In this document: in pieces, positions 1 through 11,774 of the stretch
Layout of the letters: each line of letters opens with the position of its first letter
Numbering within the stretch: the first letter of the stretch is position 1
NCBI RefSeq assembly: GCF_001194135.2
Contig: NC_068990.1
Span: 57,630,539-57,694,538, forward strand
Origin: Octopus bimaculoides
Lineage: Eukaryota
Length of the DNA stretch: 64,000 nucleotides
Reading direction: 5' to 3'
The notes under the pieces: model-generated
Seen by the model: only the letters and a program-made list of their open reading frames with translations
Told to the model about the DNA's origin: nothing
Databases searched by the model: none
Translations under genes and position numbers: made by a program

Positions 1-28
<28 letters not shown>
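1..28. repeat. (TA)n microsatellite
   Basis: Pure TA run at the window start. Confidence 0.95.
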
Positions 29-33
<5 letters not shown>

Positions 34-429
34 TTATAGATATGTATATCTTTTTATATTATTTCCTTGAAATCCAATTATTTATGCTATTATTTTCAAT
101 CCACATATTTCGAAAATGTGCTCATAATTTAACAAGATTTCTATTCTCACAGGTTAATGCAATGCTCTATAGGTATCAATGTCCTTATAGAAATGAAAGT
201 TATAGGTAGGGCATGATACAGCCACAACATTCTAGGGCTTTGCTTAGAGGAATATATAAACGATCTTAAGTCATCTGCAATGATCTAAATAATCAATTTG
301 TTAATTTAGTTCTTTAATATTTCTGGAGTAAAGTTCGTTATTTATCTATTTCAAAAACGTTTCTACTATTATTTCTCTCTTTCTTATCCGTAGATTTGAC
401 AGGCAGAAACTAAAAGAAGCCTATCGTAC

Positions 430-454
430 ATGTATGTATGCATGTATGTATGTA

Positions 455-545
<91 letters not shown>
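430..545. repeat. (TATG)n/(TG)n compound microsatellite
   Basis: Directly visible; it generates the MYVC/HTHT artefact ORFs. Confidence 0.95.
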
Positions 546-547
<2 letters not shown>

Positions 548-760
548 TTGTGTGTATATTTGTTACCCATCACCGCTTGACAGTTGTTGCGGGTGTACTT
601 ACGTTCACGTAACTTAGCGATTGGGCATAACATTCCCATGGAATAAGTACCAAGCTTTAAATGAAATGAGTTATGAGGTCGATTCATTCGACTAAAATTC
701 TTCAAGGCGGTGCCCCAGCTTGACCGCAGTCTAATGAATGAAACCAGTAAAAGAGTAAAA
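545..760 (+). mobile_element. SINE family A, 3' half
   Basis: Matches the 3' half of the full copy at 11246-11774 (cgcttgaca...taacttagcg...ggcggtgc...accagtaaaagag). Confidence 0.8.
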
Positions 761-849
761 AAATAACAAAAGAACATTGCGATCTAATTTCGAAACTAAG
801 TTTCCCTTACTACAGAATATGTCAGAGGATGCGAGTTTACAATAATATT

Positions 850-1075
850 TGACTGTTAAGGCGTAGTCGAATGTTGTCGGGAGGATCTAATATTTGACTG
901 GTCTCTATACTTTGACGTGCAGAAGGGAGAAAGAGCTAGTTGAAATGATAGATATAAGTGGTGGACTGGTTTGTTGGCACCTATGTGGAGAGAAAGAAAA
1001 CGATTCTCTGATGAAATGGATAAAATGACTGATCTTGTAAAGTAACGCAATGTGTTCAGGAAAGAGGAGAAAATT
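850..1075 (-). mobile_element. Possible very degenerate CR1/L2-like LINE 3' ORF relic
   Basis: Minus translation HIALLYK...SPPLISIISTSSFSLLH loosely resembles CR1/L2 ORF2 C-termini; weak. Confidence 0.25.
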
Positions 1076-1227
1076 GTATTCAGGGAAACATACTTTACTT
1101 AATAGTAAAAATTTAACGTTACGGGCATACAATAGACAAATAAATAAGGGCGTTAGTAAGGAAGAAGATTGAATGTTAAATGTATATAAGTTGAGTGCGT
1201 AAACGAACAAGCTCATTTCTGAGTAAA

Positions 1228-1575
1228 TATTAGTCTCAAATTTTGGCACAAGGCCAGCAGTTTTTGGGGAGAGATTAAATCGATTAGATCGATACCAGAG
1301 GTCAACTGGTACTTACTTTATCGAGCCTGAAAGAATGAAAGTCGCCCTCAGCAGAATTTGAAATCAGAGCATAAAGACGGACAAAATGCCGTTAAACATT
1401 TTGCCCAGCGTGCTAACGATTCAGGCAACTCACTGCCTTTTCTTGATTCAAATTTTGGCCCAAGGTCAGTTAGTTTAGGGGAGTGGCTTATTCAATTACT
1501 TCGACCCCAGTACTCAACTGGTACTTACTTTATGAACTCCGAAGTATGAAAAGTAAAGTCGACCTCGGTGGAATT
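1228..1575 (-). mobile_element. SINE family B, two head-to-tail copies
   Basis: Repeated ttttggcacaagg...actggtactta...aaagtcg modules, same family as 36150-36385. Confidence 0.85.
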
Positions 1576-1799
1576 TTGTTGCTGTTATTTAGTGGTACTG
1601 TTTAGATTTAGGTTATAAAGTTGATGAATAGATAATTTATTTTATAGAATTAAATTCGAGATGATTTTCTTAAGTCAAAATTATTGACTAAAAGCCATCA
1701 AAAACAATCTATGATATAAATGATATAAATTAACCAGATATTTTAATAATACTGTTAATGCATAAATGGAGTAAAAGAGTGAAGGGTAAAAACTACCTT

Positions 1800-2050
1800 C
1801 AGTCATGAATGATCATGGGATTGCACCTAGAAAGTTACCCTCTGAGATATAAGTCCGGGCAAGGTTGCTTGTGGAAGACTAACAAGTCGCCTATGAATAC
1901 CAGCCTCCCCTCTCCACGCCACCGATGTTATCCAAGAGAAAAGCAAAGACCGATACAATTTGGCACCAGGGACGTCGCAACTCACTTCTGCAGCCGTGTG
2001 TACTGGAGCAACGTGAAATAAAGTGTGATGCTCAAGAACACAACACACAG
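1800..2050 (-). mobile_element. SINE family D fragment
   Basis: Contains actggagcaacgtgaaataaagtgt...gctcaagaacacaac, a SINE central-domain motif also seen at 7850-7890. Confidence 0.6.
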
Positions 2051-2159
2051 GCCGTATTTAATGCGTAAATAAATAGATAAATTTGTGTTTTAAGCAAATA
2101 ACGGTAATTAACTATTACTATATTATGAATATGAAAACTGCAAGCTTTCAGAATTGATA

Positions 2160-2350
2160 CAGCATCGGAAAAATACATTGTAGTAATTGTTCAGACTCTC
2201 TCCGTTCCGGTTCCAAATCCCGTCGAGGTCGACTGTGACTTTCATTGTTTTCGGCTCCGATAAAATTAAGTACTTGCCAAGCACTGTTATTGAGGGTATC
2301 TACTAATTTCTCCCCTTAAAATTGCTGCTCTTGCCCCCAAATTAGAAACC
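2160..2350 (+). mobile_element. SINE family B, degenerate
   Basis: ttccaaatcccgtcgaggtcgac...gataaaattaagtac...aaattagaaaccatta. Confidence 0.65.
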
Positions 2351-2419
2351 ATTAAAATGCAACAAATGATTATCAAACCACGGAATCAGGAATAATCCTA
2401 AAGGTTTATAAGTTACCTT

Positions 2420-2640
2420 TTATCTTTTACTTGTTTCAGTCATCAAACTGCAGCCATGCCGGGACATCGCCATGAAGAAATTTTAGGCGAATTAATCGAT
2501 TTCAGTACTATTTTTAAAGTCTGGTACTTATTCTATCGGTCTCTTTTGTCAGTTGCGGGGACATAAACACACCAAAACCGGTTGTCAAGTGGTGGAGTGG
2601 GGTCGGGGTTAAACACTGACACAAAGATACACACACCAAT
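2420..2640 (-). mobile_element. SINE family A, 3' half
   Basis: cttttacttgtttcagtca...ttattctatcggtctctttt...ggttgtcaag matches the reverse complement of the A tail. Confidence 0.8.
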
Positions 2641-3552
2641 ATATGTAATGTGCTGTTCCGTGATGGTAAGATAAACAAAAGTACTCCCCCTGGTGAGAGA
2701 AATATTTAATAAACACAATATGCGTTTTTATGTGTTACTAATAGATTCATATGTTGAGAAGATATCTCAAACATATTCGTCAGGCGCAAACCACAGATCA
2801 TATGTGTGTATATATCTTTATACACTCGTATATATGAAAATATGTTGTCTTATGACTTGTATTACGCATGCGAACCATTGGTAATGAATTATTCTAATTT
2901 TTTACCTTTATGATTTACACAGTAAAACTTCCTAATTCTGAGGCTTATAGTACGTGGTTTTAAAATTAATTATTTGCTGCTGACTATGTGAATGCGCCTG
3001 CGCACTAGATTTGAATCCACAATGTTATAAGGACGCAGCTCGCACGAGTTATTTCGGTACGTATTAAGCTACATAATTATACATTGTTTTAGTGACCTCA
3101 CTGATGAACTACGGATGACAAATTAATTTATTTGCTCATTGATAGGGAAACTCGAGTATGGGATTAACTAAAAATAATAATTCTTTTCATTCTAGTGCTT
3201 TATCGGTGTGCCTTTAGAATTATTTTTTCGTGGTTTGGGTTTAACTGCCCTTTCTAGCATGTAAGAAGTCTTGCCAAGAGTCTTCTCTTTGTGTATATAT
3301 CTTTATACACTAATATATATATGTGTGTGTGTAACAGAGTTATTGGTGAGGGATTATCAAGCTTTGCAAAGTACTGTACAAGCTCACTGTTGGCACACCA
3401 CGCTAACAATATTGTTTATATTAGTAAGGAACTCCAAGGATTCTTATCCCAGAGTTCATCACCATTCTATATCGTAAATCTGGTTGTGCTCCAACCAAAC
3501 TGATTTTTTTTACACAGAGTGCTACACACAAAAAGTATAAATAAAGACCATT

Positions 3553-3734
3553 ACATATTTTTCCTTTATTGGAGTAAATTTGGCTTACAACTGTTTCCAG
3601 TAGTCATTTCTTAGGCGGTTCAATTTTTCTCAACTGATCAATAGACTAATTAAGAAACCTATCAGTAACGAACCTATAATGACTATTGGAATACAGCTGC
3701 AAGCCAAATTTACTCCAATAAAGGAAACATATGT
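3553..3734. mobile_element. MITE-like element with ~50-bp inverted arms
   Basis: 3560-3608 is the reverse complement of 3678-3727 (about 46/50 matches) around a 69-nt spacer; partial relative at ~43840-43990. Confidence 0.75.
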
Positions 3735-3765
3735 CATGACCATTATTTATACCAAGTCTTATATA

Positions 3766-3929
3766 CAACGCGGTTCTTTCAGCTTCCGACTACCAAATGC
3801 GCTAATAGGGTTTTGATCGGCTCCAGGCCATAGTAGAAGACATTTGGCAAAAATGCCATGAGGAGAGACTGAATCCGGAACCATGTGGTTAGGAAGCAAG
3901 CTTCTCACTCTACAGCCACGCTTGCGCCT
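3766..3929 (-). mobile_element. SINE family A, 5' half with tRNA-like head
   Basis: gaatccggaaccatgtggttaggaagcaagcttctc...cagccacgcttgcgcct is the reverse complement of the A head. Confidence 0.8.
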
Positions 3930-4369
3930 ACGTTAATGAATTAAATAAATTCTTATTGGAGTAGTGAATAATTATTGAGTTATTAAGTCGCAAATAAATA
4001 TATGAATTTTTTTTTTTATTCCATTAAAACGGATAAGTTTCATAGATCAATGATTATCGAACGAATATAGACAATTAAATCAAGTATTTTTATGCAATTA
4101 TTAAGCAATTAAATTTTTCGGTACAAAGATACCAATGAACCAAATCCACTACTTTAATTTATTGTTCAAACCACCCACTCTTCTTGACACTTCACTTACT
4201 AGTGACTAACCAACTTGTAGGCCACACCTTCGGCTAACACCTACATCTCCTTATTATAGCATTACCTTATCAGATATGAGCCGTAAAATTTCCCCAATTC
4301 TAGCACTCTTTGAGAGCGCTATAATAAACGAAACAAGACTAGTCTTCTAAAGCAGTGTTTCTTGAAAGT

Positions 4370-4740
4370 GAAGACGCGTGGCTTAGTGATAAGGGAATTC
4401 GGATCGTGATCGTATGGTCATGAGTTCGATTCCTGGTGGCGTGTTGTATCCTTGAGCAAGACACTTTATTTCTCGTTGATTTCTCGCTGGCAAAAATGAA
4501 TTGTACCTGTAATTCAACTGTCCTATTCTGTGTAACGCTGAATTTCCCTGAGAACTACGTTAAGAGTAGATGTGTCTGTGGAGTGTTCAGTCACTTGCAC
4601 ATTAATTTTACGAGCAGGCTGTACCGTTGATCGTATCAACTGGATATTATGACGGGATCTCACTTGACATAAAAGACTTGATTGCTGAATTAAGGATGCC
4701 TTAGGGAGACATTATGGAGTGGGCTCATGAAAAAGGGGGT
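4370..4740 (+). mobile_element. SINE family C variant with extended 3' module
   Basis: tRNA-like head (gtggcttagtg A box, gagttcgattcc B box), C central domain (ccctgagaactacgttaag...ttaattttacgagcaggctg), then a tail shared with 7280-7400. Confidence 0.75.
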
Positions 4741-4774
4741 TTCAAATTATCGACATAAGGCTAATAATTTTAAA

Positions 4775-4985
4775 TCTTGTCACAAAGACAGCAATTTCGA
4801 GGTGGTGGTGGGGCTTTGTCGATTATATGAACCCTCAGTGCTCACCTGGTATTTATTTTATCAACCTAGAAAGGATGAAAGGCAAAGTCGACCTTGGCGG
4901 AATTTGAACTCAGAACGTAAAGACGGACGAAATGCTGCTAAACCTTTTGCCTTCCGTGCTAATGATTCAGCCAGCTCATCGCCTT
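4775..4985 (-). mobile_element. SINE family B
   Basis: aaggatgaaaggcaaagtcgaccttggcggaatttgaactcagaacgtaaagacggacgaaatgc. Confidence 0.9.
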
Positions 4986-5814
4986 ATATATACATATATG
5001 TATAATATTCACGCAGAGATACATGCATACAAAAACATCGGAATAAAATGTATAAATATAATAGTACATATTTGGTTAGATATTTACCTATGCATAAAAA
5101 CTGAGTAAATAAGATAAATAAGTCATTATCCAATAACTATCGGCCATTAATTGTAAATTAATCAAAATTTAATAATTAATCATTAATAATGAGTTGATAA
5201 TAAATGTGGCAATGTGGTGAAATAGAGTGTCACTTATCCGTTGGCGAAAGTTTTGGGCGAGTTAAATTACAAATAGGACGTTAGGCAATCCATGAGGAAA
5301 TTACAGATTATAGGAGAGGATATACTTGGTGTATGAAAGCAAGCATATAAGCAAGTAAACAGGTAAGTGTATATAAATCAAAAAATATGCGTTCATATGC
5401 AGAAATAGTGTTGAAGAGAAACACAAACGTGTAACAAATACACATCTAAATATATATACTTTTCATAGAATCATACACTTGCATAACAGTCGAGAGAATT
5501 GTGTACTTAGAAATATTCACCTATGGAGAAATACAGGTTGAAACACGTTAATAGACTTACATACATACACGCACTCATACATACACGCACGTGTGTTTAT
5601 ATATACTTGTATATAGGTATATTAAAACAACAGCCAGATTAGACATAGTTCGTGACGCAGCTTTGTAAACTATACACTTTTGAAAATCTAATGTGAATCC
5701 AGTAACGTGTATTCCTACATTTTGAACGCAATTAAATTCTAATTAATTCTGATATATTCTCTATACACTTGATTTCTTCTACTCTTCCCCTCGTTTGGCT
5801 CAGTAACAATTTAT

Positions 5815-5838
5815 ACACACACACACACACACACACAC

Positions 5839-5880
<42 letters not shown>
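5815..5880. repeat. (CA)n(TA)n microsatellite
   Basis: Directly visible. Confidence 0.95.
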
Positions 5881-5883
<3 letters not shown>

Positions 5884-5934
5884 CCAACATGGCCGCAACC
5901 TCAAGGCTGAAAAGCATAAAAGAATATATATAAA

Positions 5935-6050
5935 AGGAACACTCCGTCGGTTACGACGACGAGGGTCTCAGCTGATACGATCAACGGAACAGCTTCCTCG
6001 TGAAATTAACGTGCAAGTGGCTGAGCACTCCACAAACACGTGTACCCTTA
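5935..6050 (-). mobile_element. SINE family C, 3' tail fragment
   Basis: actccgtcggttacgacgacgaggg...gtgaaattaacgtgcaagtggctgagcactccaca matches 21220-21330. Confidence 0.85.
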
Positions 6051-6177
6051 AAATTGAAGGACCGCTGCAATAAGTGTGTGAATCTGAGAGGGGAATACGT
6101 TGCAGAAAATCATAATTAACTGATCCTCCTGTATTCTCTTTTACTGAAATCCAGGAACTTTTCAGCGCGCCCTGGTA
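6050..6177 (+). mobile_element. Mariner-derived non-autonomous element, 3' end with TIR
   Basis: Encodes KLKDRCNKCVNLRGEYV (mariner transposase C-terminus); ends ccaggaacttttcagcgcgccctgg-TA. Confidence 0.75.
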
Positions 6178-6194
6178 TACACACACACGCGCAC

Positions 6195-6790
6195 AGTGTC
6201 AAAAGTGACTATTTTGAGAAATAATTGGAATTATGAAAATCCGGTTTAAATTTGAATAACATATTTATTCCAAAGTATATGCTGTAAAGAATTTGTTCTC
6301 ATTATGATGACGCTCAAAGCGATGAAATGCTTCCCGGAACACACTTTCCAGCATTTGAGGTGTAATGTTTTGAAAAGCTTCAGCAAAAAGATTTCGAAGT
6401 TGTAGTGCATCTCTAATTCTATTAGTGTACACCATAAACTCAATGAACCCGTAAACAAAAGAATCAAATGGAGCTAAATCGGGTAAGACATCCTGTATAT
6501 ATAGATGTCTACGCACGCATACACGCACACATTTGATACTATTTGCTTTGCAGAGCAGTACCGTTCTCAGTTGTCGCAAGAATATCTGTCCATTCTGACA
6601 GTATCGTTTTGACCTGTGGTTCCAAGCATTATTGATACAAGTGAACATTCTTCTTTTTTTTGATCCACACTATAACACAACTTTTCTTTTCCGAACCCAA
6701 ACAGCCGCACCAACAGTCTAGGGGCAACAGTAATTACTCTCACGGGGCGGCAATCTTTTTGTTTTACTACTTCCTAGATATTTTTTCTCA
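6195..6790 (-). mobile_element. Degenerate Tc1/mariner-superfamily transposase relic
   Basis: ORF 6265-6648 contains LPDLAPFDSFVYGFIEFMVY...AFQNITPQMLESV, like the SPDLxPxDFFLWG...VY...I..ML C-terminus of DDD transposases. Confidence 0.6.
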
Positions 6791-6855
6791 GCTGTTAATT
6801 TTAGTCTTTCTCGCTTACGTCTCGGCTATTTCTGTCTTTTATCTTTTAGATGAAT

Positions 6856-7130
6856 AAATCAACCCCAGTACTTATTTTTCTATCGGTCTCTTTTTTGTCA
6901 AACCGCTACGTAAACAAACCAACGCCGGTTGTCAAGCATTGGTGGGGGAAAACACACACACACACACACACACGGGCTTCTTTCAGTTTCTGTTAATTAA
7001 ATCTACTCATAAGGTTTTGATCGGCCCGATGCTATTGTAGAAGACACTTGCCCAGGATGCCACGCAGTAGGACTGAACCCGGAACCTTGTGGCTGGAAAC
7101 CAAATGACTTACTACACAGCCACTTCTGCT
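6856..7130 (-). mobile_element. SINE family A, internally deleted
   Basis: cgggcttctttcagtttc...gaagacacttgcccagg...ggactgaacccggaacc. Confidence 0.85.
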
Positions 7131-7279
7131 TCTCTCTCCGATTTACGAATCACTGCTCTGCTCTTTTTCCTAAGCGCAATGCTTAGTAGGATATTGTAGA
7201 CCCTACTACGGAACTACAACACCTCATCTTTCCCAGAAGCCCCGTATACTGTCATCATTATATCTCACAACGTTCGCCA

Positions 7280-7962
7280 GCCCTTTCCTACATAGGGCCC
7301 ACTTTATCATGAGTACACTCTATGTCTCCCTAAGGCATCGTTAATTAAGCAATCGGGTCTTCTTTGTCAAGTGAGACCCAACCATAATATCTGAGCATTG
7401 CCTCGTGTTGCAATGTGGCTTAAGGATGCAACTACTTTCTTCAGCGTCTTCTTAGTCATTTAGCACTTTTCAGAAGTTTGGCTCTCAGCTTTCATTTCTT
7501 TACCACTCCAACGAAGCAGCAAATATTCGGATTTATTATTTGTCGAGAGTTTGTTTTTTGCTCTCAGTTTCGGTCTTTCACTCACATTGCATGTATACAC
7601 ACACGTATACACCACATACTCGAACACGCACATATGGTCTGGCTCTCCATCAGTTGCAACCTCAAGGTTTCCAGTTGATATGATCAACCAAACAGCCTAC
7701 TCGTGAAATTAACGTGCCAGTGGCCGAGCACTCAACAGGCACGTGTAGCTTAAACGTAGTTTCAGTGAGATTCAGTATGACACACAATGTGGCAAGGCTG
7801 GCCCTTTGAATTACTGGTACAGCTCATTTTCGACAGCTGATTGGACTGGAGAAACATGAAATAAAGTATCTTGCTCAAGGATACAACGCACCGCCGAGAA
7901 TCGAATTCACGACCTTACAATCGGGAGCCGAATATCCTAACCACTAAGCTACGTGCCTTCAT
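7280..7962 (-). mobile_element. SINE family C variant with long 3' extension
   Basis: Head at ~7900-7960 (gaatcgaattc...ctaaccactaagc), central domain at 7680-7870, and tail at 7280-7400 homologous to 4645-4740. Confidence 0.7.
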
Positions 7963-8094
7963 TGCGTATACACCACACACACACACACACAGACGCTAGC
8001 ACATATATAAGTGAATGGAAACTCTTTCCTGTCCATGGCGATGAGTGCCTAATTTTTCGATCAACTGAACTAATTGCTTATATAATTAGGATAT

Positions 8095-8670
8095 AAGACG
8101 CAGACGTGGCTGTGTAGTAAAACGTTTGGTTCTGGATTCAGTCCCACAGTGTGACACCTTGGGGCAAATGTCTTCAACTATAGCCTCGGTCTGACCAAAG
8201 CCCTCTGAGTGGATTTGATAGACGGAAACTGAAAGAATCCCGTTATATGTGTGTATGTATGTGCGGGGGCAGACCCAAAGAGGTGGGGCTGAGGGACACG
8301 TTCCCCCCTCAAGAAAAGGAGTACGCTCTTCTAAATAATGTTATTACACCTTTTTCTCATGGAAAAATTCCTGGGACCGCACCTGATGTGTGTGTGTGTG
8401 TGTGTGTGTGCGCGTGCGTGTGTCGTTGTGTCTGTGTTTGCTTCCATCCCACCAACCGGTGTTGGTGTAGGCGTTGGTGTGTTTACGTCCCTGCAGCTAG
8501 CGGTTCGGTAAACGAGGCCGACAGAATAAGTACAAGGCTTTAAAGGGAAAAAGAAGAAAAGAAAAAAGGAGAAAACGTACTGGGGACGATTCGTTCGACT
8601 GGAATTCTTCAAGTATGGCCGCAGTTTAAGGACTGAATTGAGTGAAAGATGAAAGAGACTTAAAGAAATA
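8095..8670 (+). mobile_element. SINE family A, full length, interrupted by a MITE
   Basis: Head gtggctgtgtagtaa...ggattcagtccc, body gacggaaactgaaagaa, 3' half cggttcgg...agaataagtac. Confidence 0.85.
8264..8385. mobile_element. Small MITE nested in the internal microsatellite of SINE A
   Basis: Imperfect TIRs cgggggcagaccca / tgggaccgcacctg; ATGTG on both flanks is a possible 5-bp TSD. Confidence 0.55.
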
Positions 8671-8859
8671 CTACTTAAAACTATTACCATAACTACATGC
8701 AAATGCTGAAATATAAACTAACCGCATCTCTTGATATAAATGCGAACATGCAGCCATCAGTATCTGAGTAGACACGCATGGCGGAATACATTTTTAATCG
8801 CATAAGCCCAAACATACGGAACACATCTTCATACATACATTACATATATTATTACATAC

Positions 8860-8888
8860 ACATTTATGTATGTATGCATATATACGTG

Positions 8889-8939
<51 letters not shown>

Positions 8940-9280
8940 GCATGTATGTATTGTGTGTATATATATGTATGTATGTATTGTGCGTATATATATGTATGTA
9001 TGTATGTGTGTATATATATATATATGTATGTGTACATATATATTTGTATGTATGTATGTGTATATATATATTTGTATATAAATATGTGTGTGTGTATATA
9101 TGTATTTATATGTATGTATCTATTTGTGTGTGTATGTATATATGTATTTACTATGTTCCTGTGTATATAACGTAGTGATTAGTAAAGAATCTTACGAATA
9201 CCATTTTCTTTTTCTCTCTCTCATGTACATATATGCATGTGTATATGCACACACACACACACACACACAAATATATACAC
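8860..9280. repeat. Complex CA/TA/TATG microsatellite field
   Basis: Directly visible. Confidence 0.9.
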
Positions 9281-9983
9281 GCATACATAGATTTTTGCAT
9301 ACACGGATATTTGCATATTGTCGTCTGCTTAAGATTACTTCCGTGAATATGTAGACAAACAACTTCATAGCTCAAAAACTATTTCAGAATAAGTATTTAG
9401 GTTAATTTAGTTATAAGATTTTATCAATCTCTTGTGGACGTAAACCATCGAAACAGTTTCAATTTTGTTAGCCTTTTCTCATCGTTCCTGATATAATGAG
9501 AGCTATTCTGGATCGTCTCAAATGGAACAAAACTATGGAAAGAGGAACAAGACTATACGCTTCATATCTGAGCAATTACTTAAATTGAATCTGTTTGAAA
9601 AGCTCAAGTAGATAATAAGAATTTTGGCGAATCTCTTGAAAAATACCAATTCCTCATCATTCTGCATTGTATCTTTAAAGCACGGATTTTCGGGGCAAAC
9701 TTTTTAGATAATCAAACTGAACAACAATAGTTGAACAACGTCATTTAGATTTGAGACAAAAAGATGCGTAGCTTTTATAGCTAGTGGCACTGTGAAAAAG
9801 TTCTAATATGATACAGATATGATTGCATGCGATAGACACATATGTACGTGTAGTCGTGTATCTTTTTCTCCGTTTGGATCAATTTTTGTATTCTGGTAGC
9901 GTTTGCTTAAGCGGCGAGATACATTCCGATATAGTTAAGGCTGTCCGTCCGACTAATAGGCGTACAAATGTTGTTTGTTGTCA

Positions 9984-10021
<38 letters not shown>

Positions 10022-10189
10022 CAGCATAATATACACTCATATGTTGATATATGTACGCACGCACACACAGACACGCGCGCACACACACATAGCATACATG
10101 AAACACGTAAATACAAATGGGTATTTGTGTGTGTAAGTATTCACTTATAGACTAATATACGCATAGATGTAGCATGTTATAGCACAGAT

Positions 10190-10317
10190 GTATGCATATG
10201 TGTGCGCGTGTGTGTATGTATACATGTGTATGTGGGTGGGTGTAATATATTTAGATATGTGTATGTGAGTACATATATGTGAGTTTATATATGTAAGTAT
10301 GTATATATATAAGTATG

Positions 10318-10366
<49 letters not shown>

Positions 10367-10414
10367 GTATATATATATATGTAAGTATATATATATGTAA
10401 GTATATATATGTAA

Positions 10415-10492
<78 letters not shown>
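10190..10492. repeat. Complex TA/TG field with a GTAAGTATATATAT sub-repeat
   Basis: Directly visible; contiguous with the internal microsatellite site of the adjacent SINE A. Confidence 0.9.
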
Positions 10493-10494
<2 letters not shown>

Positions 10495-10660
10495 GACGGG
10501 CTTCTATTAGTTTTCCTCTAGCAAATTCACTCACAAGGCTTTGGTCGGCCCGAGTCTATAGCAGAAGATACTGGCCCAAAGTGCCATGCATTGTGACTGA
10601 ACCGGAAACCATGTGGTTGGGAAGCAAGCTTCTTACCACACAGCCACGCCTGCACCTATC
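10493..10660 (-). mobile_element. SINE family A, 5' half
   Basis: cgacgggcttct...cactcacaaggctttggtcggcccga...accatgtggttgggaagcaagc...cagccacgcctgcacc. Confidence 0.9.
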
Positions 10661-10799
10661 TTTAACTCTTTTGATACTAACCTGCCCGGAACCACCCCTA
10701 ATTTTATGATTCAAACTCATAGTTTAAAGTAATCTGAATTAAAACCTTACATCAAAATTTCACGCTAATTTGTCCTAAACTCCAGCTTAATAATGCATT

Positions 10800-10945
10800 C
10801 AGATTTTGGCACACCGTCAGCAATTTTAGGTGAGGAGATAAGTTGATTGTATCGAGCCTAGCGCTCAATTGATATTTATTCTATCGACCCAGAAAATGGT
10901 AAAAGACGCAGTCGACCTCGGTGACATATGAACTCAGAACGTTAT
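10800..10945 (-). mobile_element. SINE family B fragment
   Basis: ttttggcacacc...ctatcgaccc...gtcgacctcggtg...gaactcagaacg. Confidence 0.75.
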
Positions 10946-11245
10946 GCTACACAACAGCTTAAGAGTAACAAAGTATTTTACTGAATTGTTATCATTTCCA
11001 AACCTTTGATAAGTGAAACGCCAAAATTTTAAAATGCAGCAAAATTTATGCTTAGCGTGCATTTTATTGCAATGTATACAAATATAGGATGTGATAAAAT
11101 TGATTTCGTATAACAGTAGTTAAAGTGTATCGACAAGATCATTTACATCATTCAACAAGGTTGTTACATGAAAGAAAGAAACTTGAAAAAATATATAAAT
11201 TCCCCCCCCCCAAAAAAAAAAAATTGTTCAAATGATAACTTATTG

Positions 11246-11534
11246 AGGCGTAGGAGTGGCTGTGTGGTAAGTAGTTTGCTTACCAACCACATGGTTCCGG
11301 GTTCAGTCCCACTGCGTGGCACCTTGGGCAATTGTCTTCTACTATAGTCTCGGGCCGACCAAAGCCTTTTGAGTGGATTTGGTAGACGGAAACTGAAAGA
11401 GGCCTGTCGTATANNNNNNNNNNNNNNNNNNNNNNNNNNNNNNNNNNNNNNNNNNNNNNNNNNNNNNNNNNNNNNNNNNNNNNNNNNNNNNNNNNNNNNN
11501 NNNNNNNNNNNNNNNNNNNNNNNNNNNNNNNNAT

Positions 11535-11565
<31 letters not shown>

Positions 11566-11774
11566 TTGTGTGTCTGTATTTGTCCCCCCAACATCGCTTG
11601 ACAACCGATGCTGGTGTGTTTACGTCCCCGTAACTTATCGGTTCGGCAAAAGTGACCGATAGAATAAGTACTAGGCTTACAGAGAATAAGTTCTGGGGGC
11701 GATTTGCTCGACTAAAGGCGGTGCTCCAGTATGGCCGCAGTCAAACGACTAAAACAAGTAAAAGAGCAAAAGAG
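11246..11774 (+). mobile_element. SINE family A, full length, tRNA-derived (gap 11414-11532 in its internal microsatellite)
   Basis: A box gtggctgtgtggtaa, B box ccgggttcagtccc, CORE-like ccttgggcaattgtctt, internal TA/TG tract, tail aaacaagtaaaagag. Confidence 0.92.

Noticed and set aside
843-900. 13-bp direct repeat taatatttgactg with a 32-bp spacer (CRISPR-like spacing)
   Set aside because: Only two AT-rich copies, eukaryotic context, no cas genes; chance or a small duplication.
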